DNA of 64,000 bases. Origin: Protoeuglena noctilucae (lineage: Eukaryota). The notes beneath the pieces were generated by a model, which was not told the origin of the DNA, did no database searches, and worked only from the letters and a program-made list of their open reading frames with translations. Location of the stretch: the NCBI GenBank assembly GCA_958009085.1, contig OY253679.1, forward strand, positions 620,001-684,000. Direction: 5' to 3'. Positions 39,179-54,892 of the stretch are shown piece after piece. Each line of letters opens with the position of its first letter. The first letter of the stretch is position 1. The translations under genes were made by a program, and so were the position numbers.

Positions 39179-41399
39179 ATGGCGCCGCGGGGCGCCATCT
39201 CAACATCTCAACGGGGTATCGCGCGCCCGGGGACGCCTGCCGGGGGCTCTCGCGCCGCCTGGCTGCTGTCTGTGAGGATGCGAGGGGCGCGCTGTCGAAG
39301 GACGCGGCCCCCGACGCTCGCAGGGGGTCCTGGGCCGGCCCGGGGAACCAGCTGACGGCGCGGCGAGGGAGGAGGGGGAAGGGGTGCATTCAAAGGTGCG
39401 CAGCGCTGAGCGTGCTCGTGCACACAGGCGAGGCGGTGCGCGGGAGCATCCGCCGCGCGGAGCTACGCGCACGTCCCCGGACAGTCCAAACGAGGACCGC
39501 GAGGGTTCGCGCCCCGGACGCCAGCCCCGCGCCAATCGCTGGCCCCCTCTCCGCCTTGCGTCGCTCCGGGCGAGGTCCTGTGGGCGCCACGCGGCGCGTG
39601 AGCCCCGGCGCGCCCCCTCCGCAGGACCTGCCGTGGGCGTTGTCGGCAACCAGCACCGAGGAAGGCCCGCTGCGCTCGCATCCCGCCGGGGACGACTCGG
39701 AGCTCGGGGGAGAGCAACAGTCCCCGGGCGAGTGGGTGAGCCCGGGGTCCTCCCCTCGCTCGGCGGGGCCGTCGCCCGACCGCCGGCGTCGCCGGGCCCA
39801 GGCGCTGCCGCGCGTGGGCGCGGGCCGGGGCGAGGAGGCCCACGGAGACGATTTGGACGACTCACATACGCCGCGTCTCTCGGGATCGCCGTCCACGCGG
39901 CCCTTCACGCCCCCCCGCGAAGGCGCGCTCACAGCGGCGCTGTCCACGAGCCAGGCCGCGCCCTCCGCGCCCGCCGCTCGGCAGCTCCGCGGGCGGTCCG
40001 AGTGCTGGAGTCCGGGCCCGGGCCCCGAGGCCCCGGCTTCAGCAGATATGGCGGCACAGCGGCCCACGGAGTGCCGCAGCTCTGGGCCGCTGACCCCCCG
40101 CGGGGGGCCGGACAGGGCGGGCCCGGAGACGCAGGCGTTGACGCACGACCAGGCGGAGGCCGCGGCGGAGGCGGCCATGCAGTTCACGCTGAGTCAGTTG
40201 TCCCGGTCCGACTCCGTTCCCGAGTGGGTGCCCCGGTTCACGCAAGGCGAGTGGTGCAGGGGTGGTGTGGCGGACCGAGCACTGTGCGCTGGCGACGAGG
40301 CCGACCGGCGGGAACCCCGTGACCGTCGCGACTGCCACTGCCGACCTGAGTGCCGTGGCTGTCCCGCCTGCAGGGGGCTCGCCGGGCCGCAAGGTGCCCG
40401 GGCGGCCGATACCGGACCGGCCGAGGTCGGACGCGGACCCGGCCTCGTCCGTTCCCGGAACAGAGGCGCTGGCGGGTCCCGGGAGCGACGCAGGGACTCT
40501 GGGGACGTCCGGGCGCGGGGCGCCGGGCTCCGTCGTCCACCTCCGCAGGGGCTCAGCCGACCGCAACGCACGAGCGCCGGTGAGTGACGCGCTGCATGGC
40601 GGTGGACACCGATGCCCGACTCAGGGCCGCTGCGTGCGGTTGCTTGACTGGGGCAATGGCGACCTTGGTGGCACGATCTGCTTCGTCCCTCCTTCTGTCG
40701 CAGAGTTTGCAGCAGCTCGTGGAGATGGATTTGTTCGTGGAGCACGGGGGCGGGCAGGTGCCGGCGTCGGCACGGCAGGCGGGGATGGCGCGGTCGGACA
40801 AGGGAGCCAAGTCGTGGGCCGCGAGCCGGCAGAGCCCAGCGCCCACGCCCATACGACTCGGCAAGCAGCCGAGCCTGACGGGTGCGCGGCGCGGACATCA
40901 GCCGCATGACAAGCACTGCATGCTGGCATGCCCCACCTGCGTGCGACATGTCACTGGCGTGAGCTCAAGAGGACCTGCAGGCTTCTTTGGTTCTTGATCA
41001 CGACCGGTCTTCTCGTCATCCGCAGACGAGCAGTTGGACCGCATGGCGGCGGCGGACTTCGTGGGGGACCTGGCGTGCCTGGCCCAGAGGCTCGAGGAGG
41101 TGGCGGCGGCGGGGGCCACGCCGCCGGGGCAGTCGCCGCCGTCCGCGAGGCCCCGCAGCGCCTGGCAGACGCCCCCGCACACCCCGGCGCCCCTGTCGGC
41201 GCGCTCCCACGGGGGCACGGCTGGCCCCCCGCCGCATGCGTCCCAAGCGCGGCGGTCGGCACGCAGCCGCCTCTCCTCCCGGTCAGGGTCGCGGAGCCCG
41301 GGGCCGCGGCCCCCGGACGTCGCGGCTACGGTTCCCGCCGGCAGCGCCCCCCGGGCCCCGCGGGTCTCCGGCCCAGGCGTGCGTCGCGCCGACATCTGA
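39179..41399 (+). CDS. Hypothetical low-complexity protein
   Basis: Ser/Pro-rich exon-like ORFs (about 39625-40246, 40704-40757, 41026-41399) with splice signals; no domain recognised. Confidence 0.3.
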
Positions 41400-41986
41400 C
41401 TGAGGCCCCTTCTGCTGGAACCTAAGCCCGTCATGTGACCCCCACATCGTGCTACGTCGCCACCACGGACCCGTCTAGATCTCCATCACCCGGTGACCCA
41501 GCAGAGCCGCTGCGGAGGGTCCCGCGCACCGCCGGGCGCAAGGGGGAGAGCACTCTCCCCGCATGCCTCGCCCCGGCTTCCCCAAGGGAGGGGACCATGC
41601 CTGCGCATCTATGCCCGCCGGGACTGGGCGCGGCTCTCTGGGCACCTCCCCCACAGCCCCAGCTGCCCATCCGTTAGATAATATGACCCTCGGCAGGCGC
41701 GTTTCCTTTTCAACCGCCGCACGGCCCTGCGGCCGCTCTAGTGTCGCAGCAACACGTGAAACGTGAAATCTGGCGCTAGGCTGGTCAAGCTAGTGGGGGG
41801 GAGCGTGCAGCGGCCAGAGCCGTGTCCGAGAGAAGAGAGAGCGCAGGTCCCGTGGGCTGCAGAGGATGCCGGAGCGCAGAGGCTCGGCATGCGCAGGGCA
41901 GGACAGGGCTGCATGTGTCCCGACGGCGCCCCCGGCGAGGCTGGTGGGTGGCGTCGGGAGAGTGTCCGGCAAAGTGTTGCGATCGC

Positions 41987-44419
41987 TCAGGCACGCTTGG
42001 ACAGCGCGGGGGACAGCACCGCGGGGTTCGCCTCGTAGAACACTGCGACGTGAAGGGACGGGGGTCAGCTTGCACCAGGCCAGCGCCACTAAAGGCTCCC
42101 ACAGTCGACGACCATCAGACGGGCCAGCACTCCTCATCCACATGCCACCCCCAGTCGTCTGCCATGAGATGGGTCACGTCTGTCCCATCTGCCCCACAAG
42201 ACAGTGGCTGCGATGTCGCCTGGGCCAGGCCACTCACCGATGTCGCCCTGGTCGGGCACGTAGTGGTCGCGCTTGAGGGACGCCACGAAGGTGTCCCAGA
42301 GGTGGAAGGGGATGGGGCCCGACTTGCGGGGCTCGCGGTAGTAGGAGCCGAGCACGGGCTTGACCGCCTCGGTCGCCTCGCAGAGGTTGTAGTGGGGAAT
42401 CTGCGAAGGGAGGGGTCCGAGAGGAGAGGTGATGGCACGACGCGAGCAGGGCCAGCGTGGCAGGCTATGATGGAAGATTGACAGATACAGGTGCTCTAGA
42501 AATACATTCATGCCAGTCATGCCACCGAGGCGTGTGAGGGAGCTGCAGCACCGGCACCGCCAGCACTCATGCAGTCCTCGCAGCCCTCTCTGTCTCTTGC
42601 CTGGGGGAAGAGGTGGTGGACGACGTGGGTGCCGATGTCGTGGTGGATCTTGTTGAAGATGCCGTAGTCGTGGTCGAGCGTCGAGAGGCCCCCACGCAAG
42701 TAGGACCACTCCTCACCCCGGTACCACGGGACGCGCTCCCCGTCCTCCGCCCCTGCGACGCGAGCGGTGCATGCACGTGGGTGCCGGTGCCAATGAGGTC
42801 AGGCACACAGGGGTGCATGCAGGCACAGCTCAGCGGGGCCAGGCCAGGTGCATGAGTTTGTGCACTGTGGCACAGGCACGTGAGTCGCCAAGTGGATGAT
42901 GTGGACGGTGCCCTGATGGTGTCGGCTCACCGTGGTGATGGAGGTACGTGACGAAGTCGAGCCATGCCACGAAGATCCAGTAGGGCAGCACGTAGAGGTT
43001 GAGCATGGCCAGGGCCCCGAGCTTCCACGTGCACAGGCCCAGGATGGCGTACATGCCCACTGCATCGCATTGCGGGTTAGGGTGCAATCACGCAGCGTCG
43101 ACATGTCGACATGGCCAAGTGGGCCTGGCGAGACCTTCGACATGGATTCTCAATGAGCATCCTAGTACTGCCGGAGTCGAAAAGCGATGTCTCACCGAGG
43201 AAGGCGTTGGTGGTGGAGACCAGGGGCCCCTCGCTGGGCGTGAAGAGGCGGCCCTGGGGGTCGTAGTGGGAGCCTTCCTTGCCGGGAGCGCCGTTGACGA
43301 GGTAGAAGGGGTACTGCAGGGGAGGCACGGCACAGCAGGGCTAGCACCGGACCGGCTGGCAGGCAACAGAACAGACCAACAGGGGACGAGGGCGAGAGGT
43401 GGGTGGTTGAGAGGACTAGGGCAGTGGGTCTGCCATCGCCCCAGGCACGCACCAGGAGGAGGGCGACGGGTGGGAAGAACCGGACGAACCGCGTGAACCA
43501 GTCGAGCCGTTCAAAGCGCGACTCTGTCAGGGGCGTCCAGGACTCGTCGTTCTCGACGTGGCCGTGGTTGGCGTGGTGGGTGCGGTGCGAGATGCGCCAC
43601 CTGGGGGCCCGGTCAGCGAGGGGAGGTCAGGTGGCCCTCGCCCTGCCGGGCTGCCTGGCTGCCGCTGGCGCGGTGGCGCGCTCACCCGTGGTAGGGCACG
43701 AGAATGGAGGAGTGCGTGAGGTGGCCCACGAAGTCGTTGAGCGTCTTGTTCGACGAGAAGCTCTGGTGGCCGCAGTCGTGCCCGACGACGAAGAGCGCCC
43801 AGAACATGGTGCCCTGGGCAACCCAGTACAGGGGCCACGCCCAAGGCTGGTTGACGGCGACAGCGGCGTAGGCCAGCCCAAACACGACGGCCACGTCGCG
43901 CACTGCGGTGCAGGAGGAGCAACGTGCAGGATCAGCCAGGCGGAGCAACGTGCAGGATCAGTGGCGTGTCGATGGCGGCCTGTGAAATTGATGTTGCGGG
44001 AGGCGCCCCAGCGACGCACCCAGGTAGCTGAAAGACTTCCACGCGTTCCTCTCCCAGCAATGCTCGGGGATGGCGTTGCGGATGTCCGCGAGCGAGAAGG
44101 GTGGGGCCGAGCTCAAAGGGTTGATTACCGCCGGAGGATCGACCTGCGGCGCCTCCGCCGCCGCTGCGGAAGCCCGAGCCCGCACGGTCCGGACCCGCGC
44201 GACCGTCGGCGCGGGGCATCCTGCGGGTGCCGCCCACAAATCAAAAACTGCCTCAGGTGCGTCTTGCAGACCGGTAGCGAGTCCCTGCGGGCTGCAGCAA
44301 CGACATAACATCCTCAATCCCTCCCGGACACCGGGAGTCCCCTCACCGACGCGCGGCGCCGCGCGCGAGCGAGGCCCCGCCCCCAACCCCCCCGACAGCT
44401 GCACTAGAGAAGCCTGCAT
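41987..44419 (-). CDS. FAD7: Plastid omega-3 fatty acid desaturase (FAD7/FAD3 type)
   Basis: [113 protein letters not shown]; transit-peptide-like N-terminus. Confidence 0.92.
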
Positions 44420-44588
44420 CTTGCCCCCTTCCTGCGTGCGCTTCAGCAACGCTGGAACTTTCGACCATCGGCCCGCGCCCGGGCACCTAGCGGGCGGGTG
44501 CCGGTCCGGTTCGCTCTCGCCAGAACCACCCGTAGCCACCGGCGCCCCGGGCGCCCGCGCCGGCCCAGTCTCCGCATCCCTGAGCAAG

Positions 44589-47181
<2,593 letters not shown>

Positions 47182-47643
47182 TGCGCAAAACCGTGGCCAT
47201 CTGCGCGTGCGCCGGGCCTTGCGCGCTCGGATCGGCGTTCCGTAGACTCTGTCGAAACGCGCACACGCGAAAGGCAGCCGTTGGAGGCGAACGAACGCGC
47301 TACCAGTAGCCAGTGGGACCGGTGTCACCACTGTCCTGCAACTGAAACGTGAGCTCCCCCCTCAGCCAATCGCCGCTGCACGTGTTCGTCTATCATTCCT
47401 GCTTGCGCTGCTTCGTCCCACCGATCGAACTGCTCCCAAGCTGCCCGGGTCGCGTTTTCCCCGCCTCGTCGCGATCGCGTCCACTTGCCGTGGTGTTTGG
47501 CCCCACCTCAGTGAGAGGGTCGATAGTCGGCCATTTCCATAGCAGGGACTCGCCTCTTCGGCTTTCGGCTCGGTAGCTCCCGGTCCGGGCCTTCCACCCC
47601 TTGCGGGGCACCCCCGCCGGACGCAGTCGCCCGACTAGATCCT

Positions 47644-50600
47644 ATGGACACTATGGGGGCGCTGGGTGCACGGCTGCCGGCGCTGGCTGGCTCGCGTTGT
47701 GGAACTCGGTCGCGTTTGGCGTATGGGCCTCGCGCGTCCGGGACGCGCCGGGCCTCGATCCGGACTGCCGTCGTGGAAAAGAAGGCGCCCGATGCAGCCG
47801 GCCGTGCCGCGCCTGGTGAGCCGCTCAAGCCTTGCCATGGGCGCCACCCCAACGGCCGGCTCGGCCTCACGGGGATCCACAGGGGGCCAGACGCGGCACA
47901 GGGCGCTATGAACGTCACTCGCGTATCCTCTGAGCCGCTCGGCGCCGTCCCGGACCGCCTCGTGACGCTGCAGCGATGCTGAACGCGCCCCAAGCGTCGG
48001 CATGCAGGCCCGACCGCGTGGGATTCGGGCGAGGCCCGCGAGCGAGCGCGCGGATCGGAGGATCGCAACGAGAAGTCGTTGGCGTGCGGCGCGACCGACG
48101 CGTGGGGCGCGAGGGCGCCGGGCGCCGGGGCTGATGAGGCTGGGCCCGGCCCGGGCTCCTGGGCCCTTTCCCTGCGACGCCAGCTGTCCAACCCCCACGA
48201 CGCGGCCATCCTGAGCCTCGCGGGGCCCTCTCTGATCGCCCTTGCCGCGGACCCGGTGCGTGCGGCCTGCGCTGGCGCCCCAACCTCGCACCCCCACCAA
48301 CAGCGCTCCTGTTCCTGCTTGCCTGGCCCGCGGACCGCCGCGACCGCCCCCGCCACCCCTCCTGTCGCAGCTCCTCAGCATGGTGGACACGGCCTTCGTG
48401 GGCCACATCAGCGCCGCGGCCCTGGGGGCCCTCGGCGTCAACACGGCGCTCTTCAGTTTCTCTTTCCTCATCTTCAACTTCCTCGGCACAGCCACGACGC
48501 CCATGATCGCGCGGGCCGCTGCTAAGGGGGACAAGAAGCTCGCGGGGTCCCTGGCATGGCAGGTGAGTGGCGCGCGTGGGCGGTGGCGCGAGGACATGCC
48601 GGGGGCGGTGGCCCTCCCCGCCCACCCCGCTCCCCGCCGCCCGTCGGTCCGCAGAGCCTGGGCATCGCGGCGGGCCTCGGCGTGGTGAGCGCCGCGGTGC
48701 TCCACACCTTCGCCGAGCCGCTGCTGTGCGGCATGGGCGCCGACCCAAGTCAGCCGGAGATGTTTGGGCTGGCCAAGGACTACCTCCTCATCCGCTCCCT
48801 CGCGGCACCCGCGGTCTTCATCATGATGGCGGGACAGGGGGCGTTCCGTGGGATGAAGGACACGGCGACTCCCCTGGCCGTCACGCTGGCGGCCAACGCC
48901 ATCAACTTCACCCTCGACCTCGTCTTCATCATGGGGTGAGGGAGGACACCTGCGGCGATCAGCAGCGGCGTTGACACACTCCGATTGGGCACTCCATTCC
49001 ATGGCATGGGGAGGCGGGAGCCACGTCATGTTCCATCAATCAGTGCAGTACCGTTGGTAGCGATGTTGTCACTGTAAGTTGTGCTCCACTCACGCATCCC
49101 ACCCACCGGCTGCTGTGGCCGCCTCGCAGGATGCACTACGGCGTGGCCGGCGCGGGTGCGGCGACGGCGATCGCCGAGTGGGTGGCGGCGGGCATGTACG
49201 TGTCGGCGCTGGCCCGCAGCCCGTCCCTGCAGTTCTGGGCCCCGCCCGAGGGCCCCTCCCTGCGTGCGGGGATCGAGGAGCAGCGGGCGTTCCTGGCCGC
49301 GGGCGGCGCCCTGCTCATGCGGACGGCGCTGCTCCTGGGCACCAAGACGCTCGCCACCACGGCCGCCACCAAGCTGGGCACGGTCCCGGTGGCCGCCCAC
49401 CAGGTGGTGTCCCAGCTGTGGACCCTCGCGAGTCTCCTGGTCGATTCGCTGGCTGTGGCGGGGCAGGCGCTGGTGGCCACGGAACTGGGCCAGAACCGCC
49501 CCCGGGTGGCGAGGGAGGTGTCCGACCGTCTTCTGACCCTGGGTTTGGCCATGGGGGGCGTGCTCGCGATCGGGGCCACGGCCCTGTCGCCCGTGCTGCC
49601 CAAGCTCTTCACCACCGACCCAGGTGTGCGCGTGCGACAGCATTTAGATCATTGCCTCGCCTTGCTCCCAAGCATCGTCATCTAGGCCGCCTTCGCTGTC
49701 TCCAAACCCGCAGCACGTCACGATGCGCACCCGAGTTGCCAACCCCCGCTTCCCTCGCTCCCTGCAGACGTGGCGGCTGCGGTGTCGGCGGTCTTCCCCG
49801 TCGCCGTGGCGTCCCTGCCCATCAACGCCCTTGTCTACGTGCTGGACGGCATCATGGTGGGAGCCAGTGAGTTCTCCTTCATGGCAGCCGCCATGGTCGG
49901 CACTGCGGGGGTCACTGCCGGAGCTCTGTTCGCCACGGAGAGCGCTGGAGGGTCGCTGAGGGACATCTGGCTCTGCCTGTGCCTCCTGATGGCCGGACGG
50001 GCGGGCACCCTGTACTGGCGCTACCGGAGCGGGGAGGGGGCCCTGGGGCCCGTGCTGGAGGTGAGGGCAATTATGAGAAGTGAGCAGGGCATTTGCAATG
50101 AGAGCGTTATCTCGTGGCGCACGCGGTGGGATCCAGAATGCCCGGTGGTGCAGTGGTGCGGAGGGTGTGATGACTCAGCGGGTGCAAGACGTTGGGCCCC
50201 TCGTCATGTGCGCAGGGCGGGGATGACCTCGCACTGGCAGCTCACCAGGATCAGCAGGGTCCCGGGGAGCGTGTGAGGGGTGCGGTGGCGAATGGTGAAG
50301 TGGTGCCGAACGGGGCACACGTGAACGGATCTGCGGTGGTCAATGGCACTGCGGTCAATGGCACTGCGGTGAACGGCACCGCGGTGAATGGCGTCGCCAT
50401 GAATGGCACTGCGGTGAACGGCGTGGCAGTGAGCGGTGTGGCAGTGAATGGTGCCGTGGTGTACAAGAGCTTGCACGAGGACGACCACGAGGCTCTGCTG
50501 GAGACGGACCCGGTGGCCCTCCTGGAGCAGCAAGTGAGGACAGGCGGCGGGACACGATATGGTTGTTTGTCAATTGTCCATGTCGCCAGTCATACTGGCG

Positions 50601-50781
50601 ATATAACAGTATTACATTTGCCAGCTCCTCACACAAGCTGCACAACCACTGTCTCTCACCACAAATGCTGACATCTCCCCACTCCCGCCACCCCCAGGCA
50701 TTGCGAGAGGAGGAGTGGGGCGCCCTGCTCCAGTCCTCTGCTCCCCAGGCCAGCTCCGAGAACCTCACCACGGGTGTCTGA
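47644..50781 (+). CDS. MATE/DTX family transporter (DinF/FRD3-like), probably plastid-targeted
   Basis: ILSLAGPSLIALAADP|LLSMVDTAFVGHI..LGALGVNT; YLLIRSLAAPA..QGAFRGMKDTATPL; GVAGAGAAT; LGTVPVAAHQV..DSLAVAGQALVA; PINALVYVLDGI. Confidence 0.88.
50282..50460 (+). repeat. 15-bp coding tandem repeat encoding (T/V)AVNG pentapeptides in the MATE C-terminal tail
   Basis: ACTGCGGTCAATGGC / ACTGCGGTGAACGGC / ACCGCGGTGAATGGC / GTCGCCATGAATGGC.. with variation mostly at synonymous sites. Confidence 0.8.
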
Positions 50782-51585
50782 CAGGTGGAAGCCCCACTAT
50801 GGTCATCAAGCCACTCTCACACGGCCTGGATCCTCACTGGGTGTCTGGAGATGGGAGCCTGACCGACCTGGCAACCGACCACAGCTACTGCCCAGTCATC
50901 CCATCTCCATCCCGTCACCAGGCCGTTGACTTCCACAACACTTAAGCTCACTTCCCCCGCTAACCAGGCCACGGCGTGGCGCCGTGACCCCACCTAGCAG
51001 CCGTGTCATGCGGTGCCAGCGCTGATGTAGGCACGCAGGACATCTCATGCCTTGCACCGACCCCCGCCCCTGTGCACACCCGCACCCCCAGCTGCGTCCC
51101 CGGCCTTCCTTCTGTTCCCTCCTTTTCCCTTTGTCCAGGCATTGGCCTTTTCCGGGGTGCCAGGGCTGTCAGGGCTGCCCAGGCCACCCGTGCTAGGCAG
51201 CCGCGCTGGCGACGCCTGGCGCATGCATGTAGGACAGGTCCAGTCCAGTCGAGTCAGGTCAGCGTCGTGTTATCGGTAGATGGGACTACGACAGGTCGAT
51301 CGATTACGCAGGCATTGAACTGTGCTAGAGACTTCATAGGCGCATTTAGTATGCGTGGCCAACCAAGGAGGGAGTGCCACGCAGTGCTGTCCTTGCAGCG
51401 GCTCATCGCCCTCGCTAATCGCCGCGAGTGCTAATGGACACTTCACTCGTCACATTCTCTACTAAAGTAAACAACCCGGGCAGCTTACCACCCTTGCTAC
51501 AAGTGACCCCATCACTGCGAATACCCCTTCTGTCAACCACCCACCCACCCTGTGCGCGACCCTTCCTCAAAAAACCCAGCCACCC

Positions 51586-54500
51586 TCACTCGGCGTGACC
51601 ACGGAAGGCCCTCAGCTCCCAGGTCGGCGCCGCAGGCTCTATCAGCATGGACGGCCTCAGCCACTCCAGGACCCTCATGAACAGTTCCATGAAGAGCGCC
51701 GCCGCCACGAAAGCCTTGCCCGCCCACGGACCACACTGGGGGCGCGAGAGAGCGAGGGGAGAGCTGGTATCGGCACGACTGATGGGGGTGAGGTGGGGTG
51801 GGGTGGGGTGTGCCACAGTAGGTAGCCATGCAAGTCCACCTCAGTTTGACTAACAACCCGCTGTAGGTCACAACGGCACCCTCGCGTTTCACAACCGCCC
51901 TCCTATGTCACCTTGTGGTATCTCTGCAGCCTCCCTAGCATGTCGTCCACCCCCTCCTCCCGCACTGCCTCGTCATAGACACGCGCTGTCCGCCTGGCCA
52001 CGTCTGGCCAGCAGTAAAACCCCCGCGCACGCACGTGCTGGGACCACGGGTTCACTGACCGAACGCGGGCTGAGGAGCAGAGAGGTGGATGCGATGAACG
52101 GGTGCTTGGTGGTGTATTTGCAACGTCACCCGAGGCAAACACACGGTGCAATCCCTCTTTCTCTCGCTGCCCACCGATGGCACACTCCATATGCATTGCA
52201 CCGTGCTACCCATCCCCGCTCACCGACAGCCCACCCACGTGCATCCCATCCCATCCCATCCACTCTCACCGATGGCCCTGCCGAATGCGGCCAGGAGGGC
52301 GTCCGGTCGGCACGGGGCGAGTTCGACCATGTCCGGCGGCAGCACCTCAGGCACGCCCCCCACCGACGTGCTCACGACCAGCAGCCCCGCACACGCGGCC
52401 TCCGCCACTGCCATGCAGAAGGCCTCAGTAAGAGACGTGTTTAGGAACAGATGGCCCTGGGCCAGGTACCCTGGGACGTGGTCAGGCAACACGGAGCCGA
52501 CCATGCGGACGCGGTGGTGGAGGTGGTGGGCTGCGATGGTCGACTCGATCAGTGGGCGCTTGGGGCCGTCGCCGCCGATGAGGAAGCGCAGCTGGGGGTA
52601 CTCTTGGCACGCGAGGGGGAGGAGGGCGACGAGGAGGTCGGCGCCTGAGGGGTGGAGGGGGATGGGGAAGGGCTGGGCGTGTGAGGAGGAAATGACAGAG
52701 GAGCGAGGGTGTGAGACATGCCGTCTTTAGTGACAGGTGCGTGTTAACAAGCTTTGCTCTCAAGCATCTGCAGCCACTGGCCCCCCATGCTTAAAGCCCC
52801 TCACCCTTCCGGTACACGAGTCGGCTCATGCACACCACGACGATGGCGTCCCTCTCATCGGGGAAGACCCTCTCCACCGCACGCACGCGATCCACGCCCT
52901 CTGGCCACGCCACGCCCTGCGAGTCACATGTGACGAAAGGTAGTTTGCGTGACTGCCGATTTGCCAATCACGCGTCGACCATCAGGCAATCACAAGCGCT
53001 GTATCATAAAGCAAGCGAGCTTTGTGCAAACTCCATGCGGCCTGACTGGACGAGCACCCACACAGGGACACCGCGTGCATGCAACACACACTGTGTCGCA
53101 CCCCATGTGATGCGCTCGCCTCTTCTCACCTCAACAGCTGCCTTGCCGTGTGCCTCTGCCACCACCGTCTCACCTCCACAGCTGCCTGCCATGCCCCTCT
53201 CCCACCACCGTCTCACCTCCACAGCTGCCTTGCCGTGTGCCTCTGCCACGACTGTCTCCACGCCATCGTGTGACACGCACACGATGGCCCGGGGCAGCTC
53301 CGGGCGCAGGGAGGGGTCTGGGCGGAAGCGCGCGCCTTCGATGGCATTGGGGATGACAAAGACCTTGGCAGGAGGGACACAGGCGCGGAGGACTGCAGGG
53401 AGAGGGGGGTGGAGAGTGCGTGGACGGGTGGGTCACAGCACAAACTGAAGAGAGGGGGTGGGTGGAGAGTCACCCCGTGGCATATCACAAGGTGCGCCGC
53501 TGACCCCATGTCATCACATGTGACCATAGATATGACCCACATATCAAGATGACATGGAACACATGTCATGTCATCTCGACCGTGCATTGGTCGCTCCTTG
53601 AGTGCCTCACCGGTGTTCTCCCTCGAGACGTGGGACACGCATATGACGCGCTGGGCGTCTGCTAAGAGGAACTTGATGAGCTTGTTGATGATGCTCTGCC
53701 CGATCGTCCCGAATCCCAGCAGGCTGTGGTCGGTGAAGACCACGCGGAGGCCCAGGGCACGGGCAGCCAGGATGCTCTGGGGGGGGAGGAGGGTGTGTGT
53801 GGAGTGAGGGGTGCATGGAGTGAGGGGTGGGTGTAGTGTGGGGGCACGGGCCGCGAGGATGCTCTGGGGGGGGAGGAGGGGCGTCGTGTGTGAGTGAGGT
53901 TTGTGAGGGGTGGGCCCGAGAGTAAAAGTGAGGGGTGCGACCCAGCAGACGGGCGGGTATGAAATGGCAGTTGGCAGTTGTCATCGTAGCACATAGGCAG
54001 TGTGTAGCAGCATCTGCCGCCCTCACTTCGAGCCCGAGGGTGGAGAATGCCTGGTGGCAGTGCACGACCGTCGCCCTCTCCCGAATGGCCACCGTCCTGC
54101 GAGGTGGGGGGCTGAGAAGGTCCCACACGTGAGAGCGAAAGCCCTTTCCTGCGTGTCGTGCAGTGCTTACTCGTCATCCTTAAACCATCTCCCGTGCGCT
54201 CACCTCAGCAGCCTGGCCCAGCCAAAGACGGTGGGGAAGGGCACGCGCCACGCCTCACCCATGGTCACCATGGGGGTGTAGTAGACGCGGAGGCCGCGGG
54301 TCATGTACCGCACGCCGCAGCGGCCACCCTGCGCGCACGGCTGGGTCGGAGGAACGCTTGGACATGGGCGTGAGGACCAAGCATGCACGGTGTCTAGCTC
54401 ACATATACATGGCGGAGCGGCGCGTGCATGCGCGGATGGAAAGAATTCGAGCAAGAGACGATCGCGAGGTGCGAGGGGTCGGTCAGATGCATGCGGGCAT

Positions 54501-54892
54501 GCGAGCAAGCGCAGTCCTCGCCTCGTAGCTCTGGGTGAGGACGGCCACGTGATGGCCTTGGCTGATCAGAGCCTGGGAGAGCTGGAAGATGTGCGACTCG
54601 ACACCGCCCACGCCCGGATGGAACATGTCGCAGACCTGCGGGGAAACAAAGAGGGCGCAGGGGCTCCCAACAGGCAGCGCAGCGAGCCATTCTGACCGAT
54701 GCGATCGCATCTCCCAAGCAAGAGAGAGCAAGTATGTCGCGATTGTGAGGTTAAGGCAGCAACGGGATCGTCGATGGCGCGCACCATGAGGACGCTGTGG
54801 CGGAGGGGCCGCTCCACTGCGGCGCCGGGGCCAAAGTCATGGTCCACGGGGCCCGAGGGGCTTTCGGACGGGAAAGGAGTGGAGTGACTCAT
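51586..54892 (-). CDS. PIGA: Phosphatidylinositol N-acetylglucosaminyltransferase subunit A (PIG-A/GPI3)
   Basis: VLM|VCDMFHPGVGGVESHIFQLSQAL; GVRYMTRGLRVYY; HCHQAFSTLGLE; VFTDHSLLGF; VICVSHVSRENT|VLRA; MSRLVYRKG; GHLFLNTSLTEAFCMAVAEAACAGLLVVSTSVGGVPEVLP. Confidence 0.92.
53125..53260. repeat. Tandem triplication (about 43-44 bp) of a PIG-A exon end plus 5' splice site
   Basis: CTCACCTC(C/A)ACAGCTGCC.. units start at 53125, 53169 and 53212. Confidence 0.85.
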
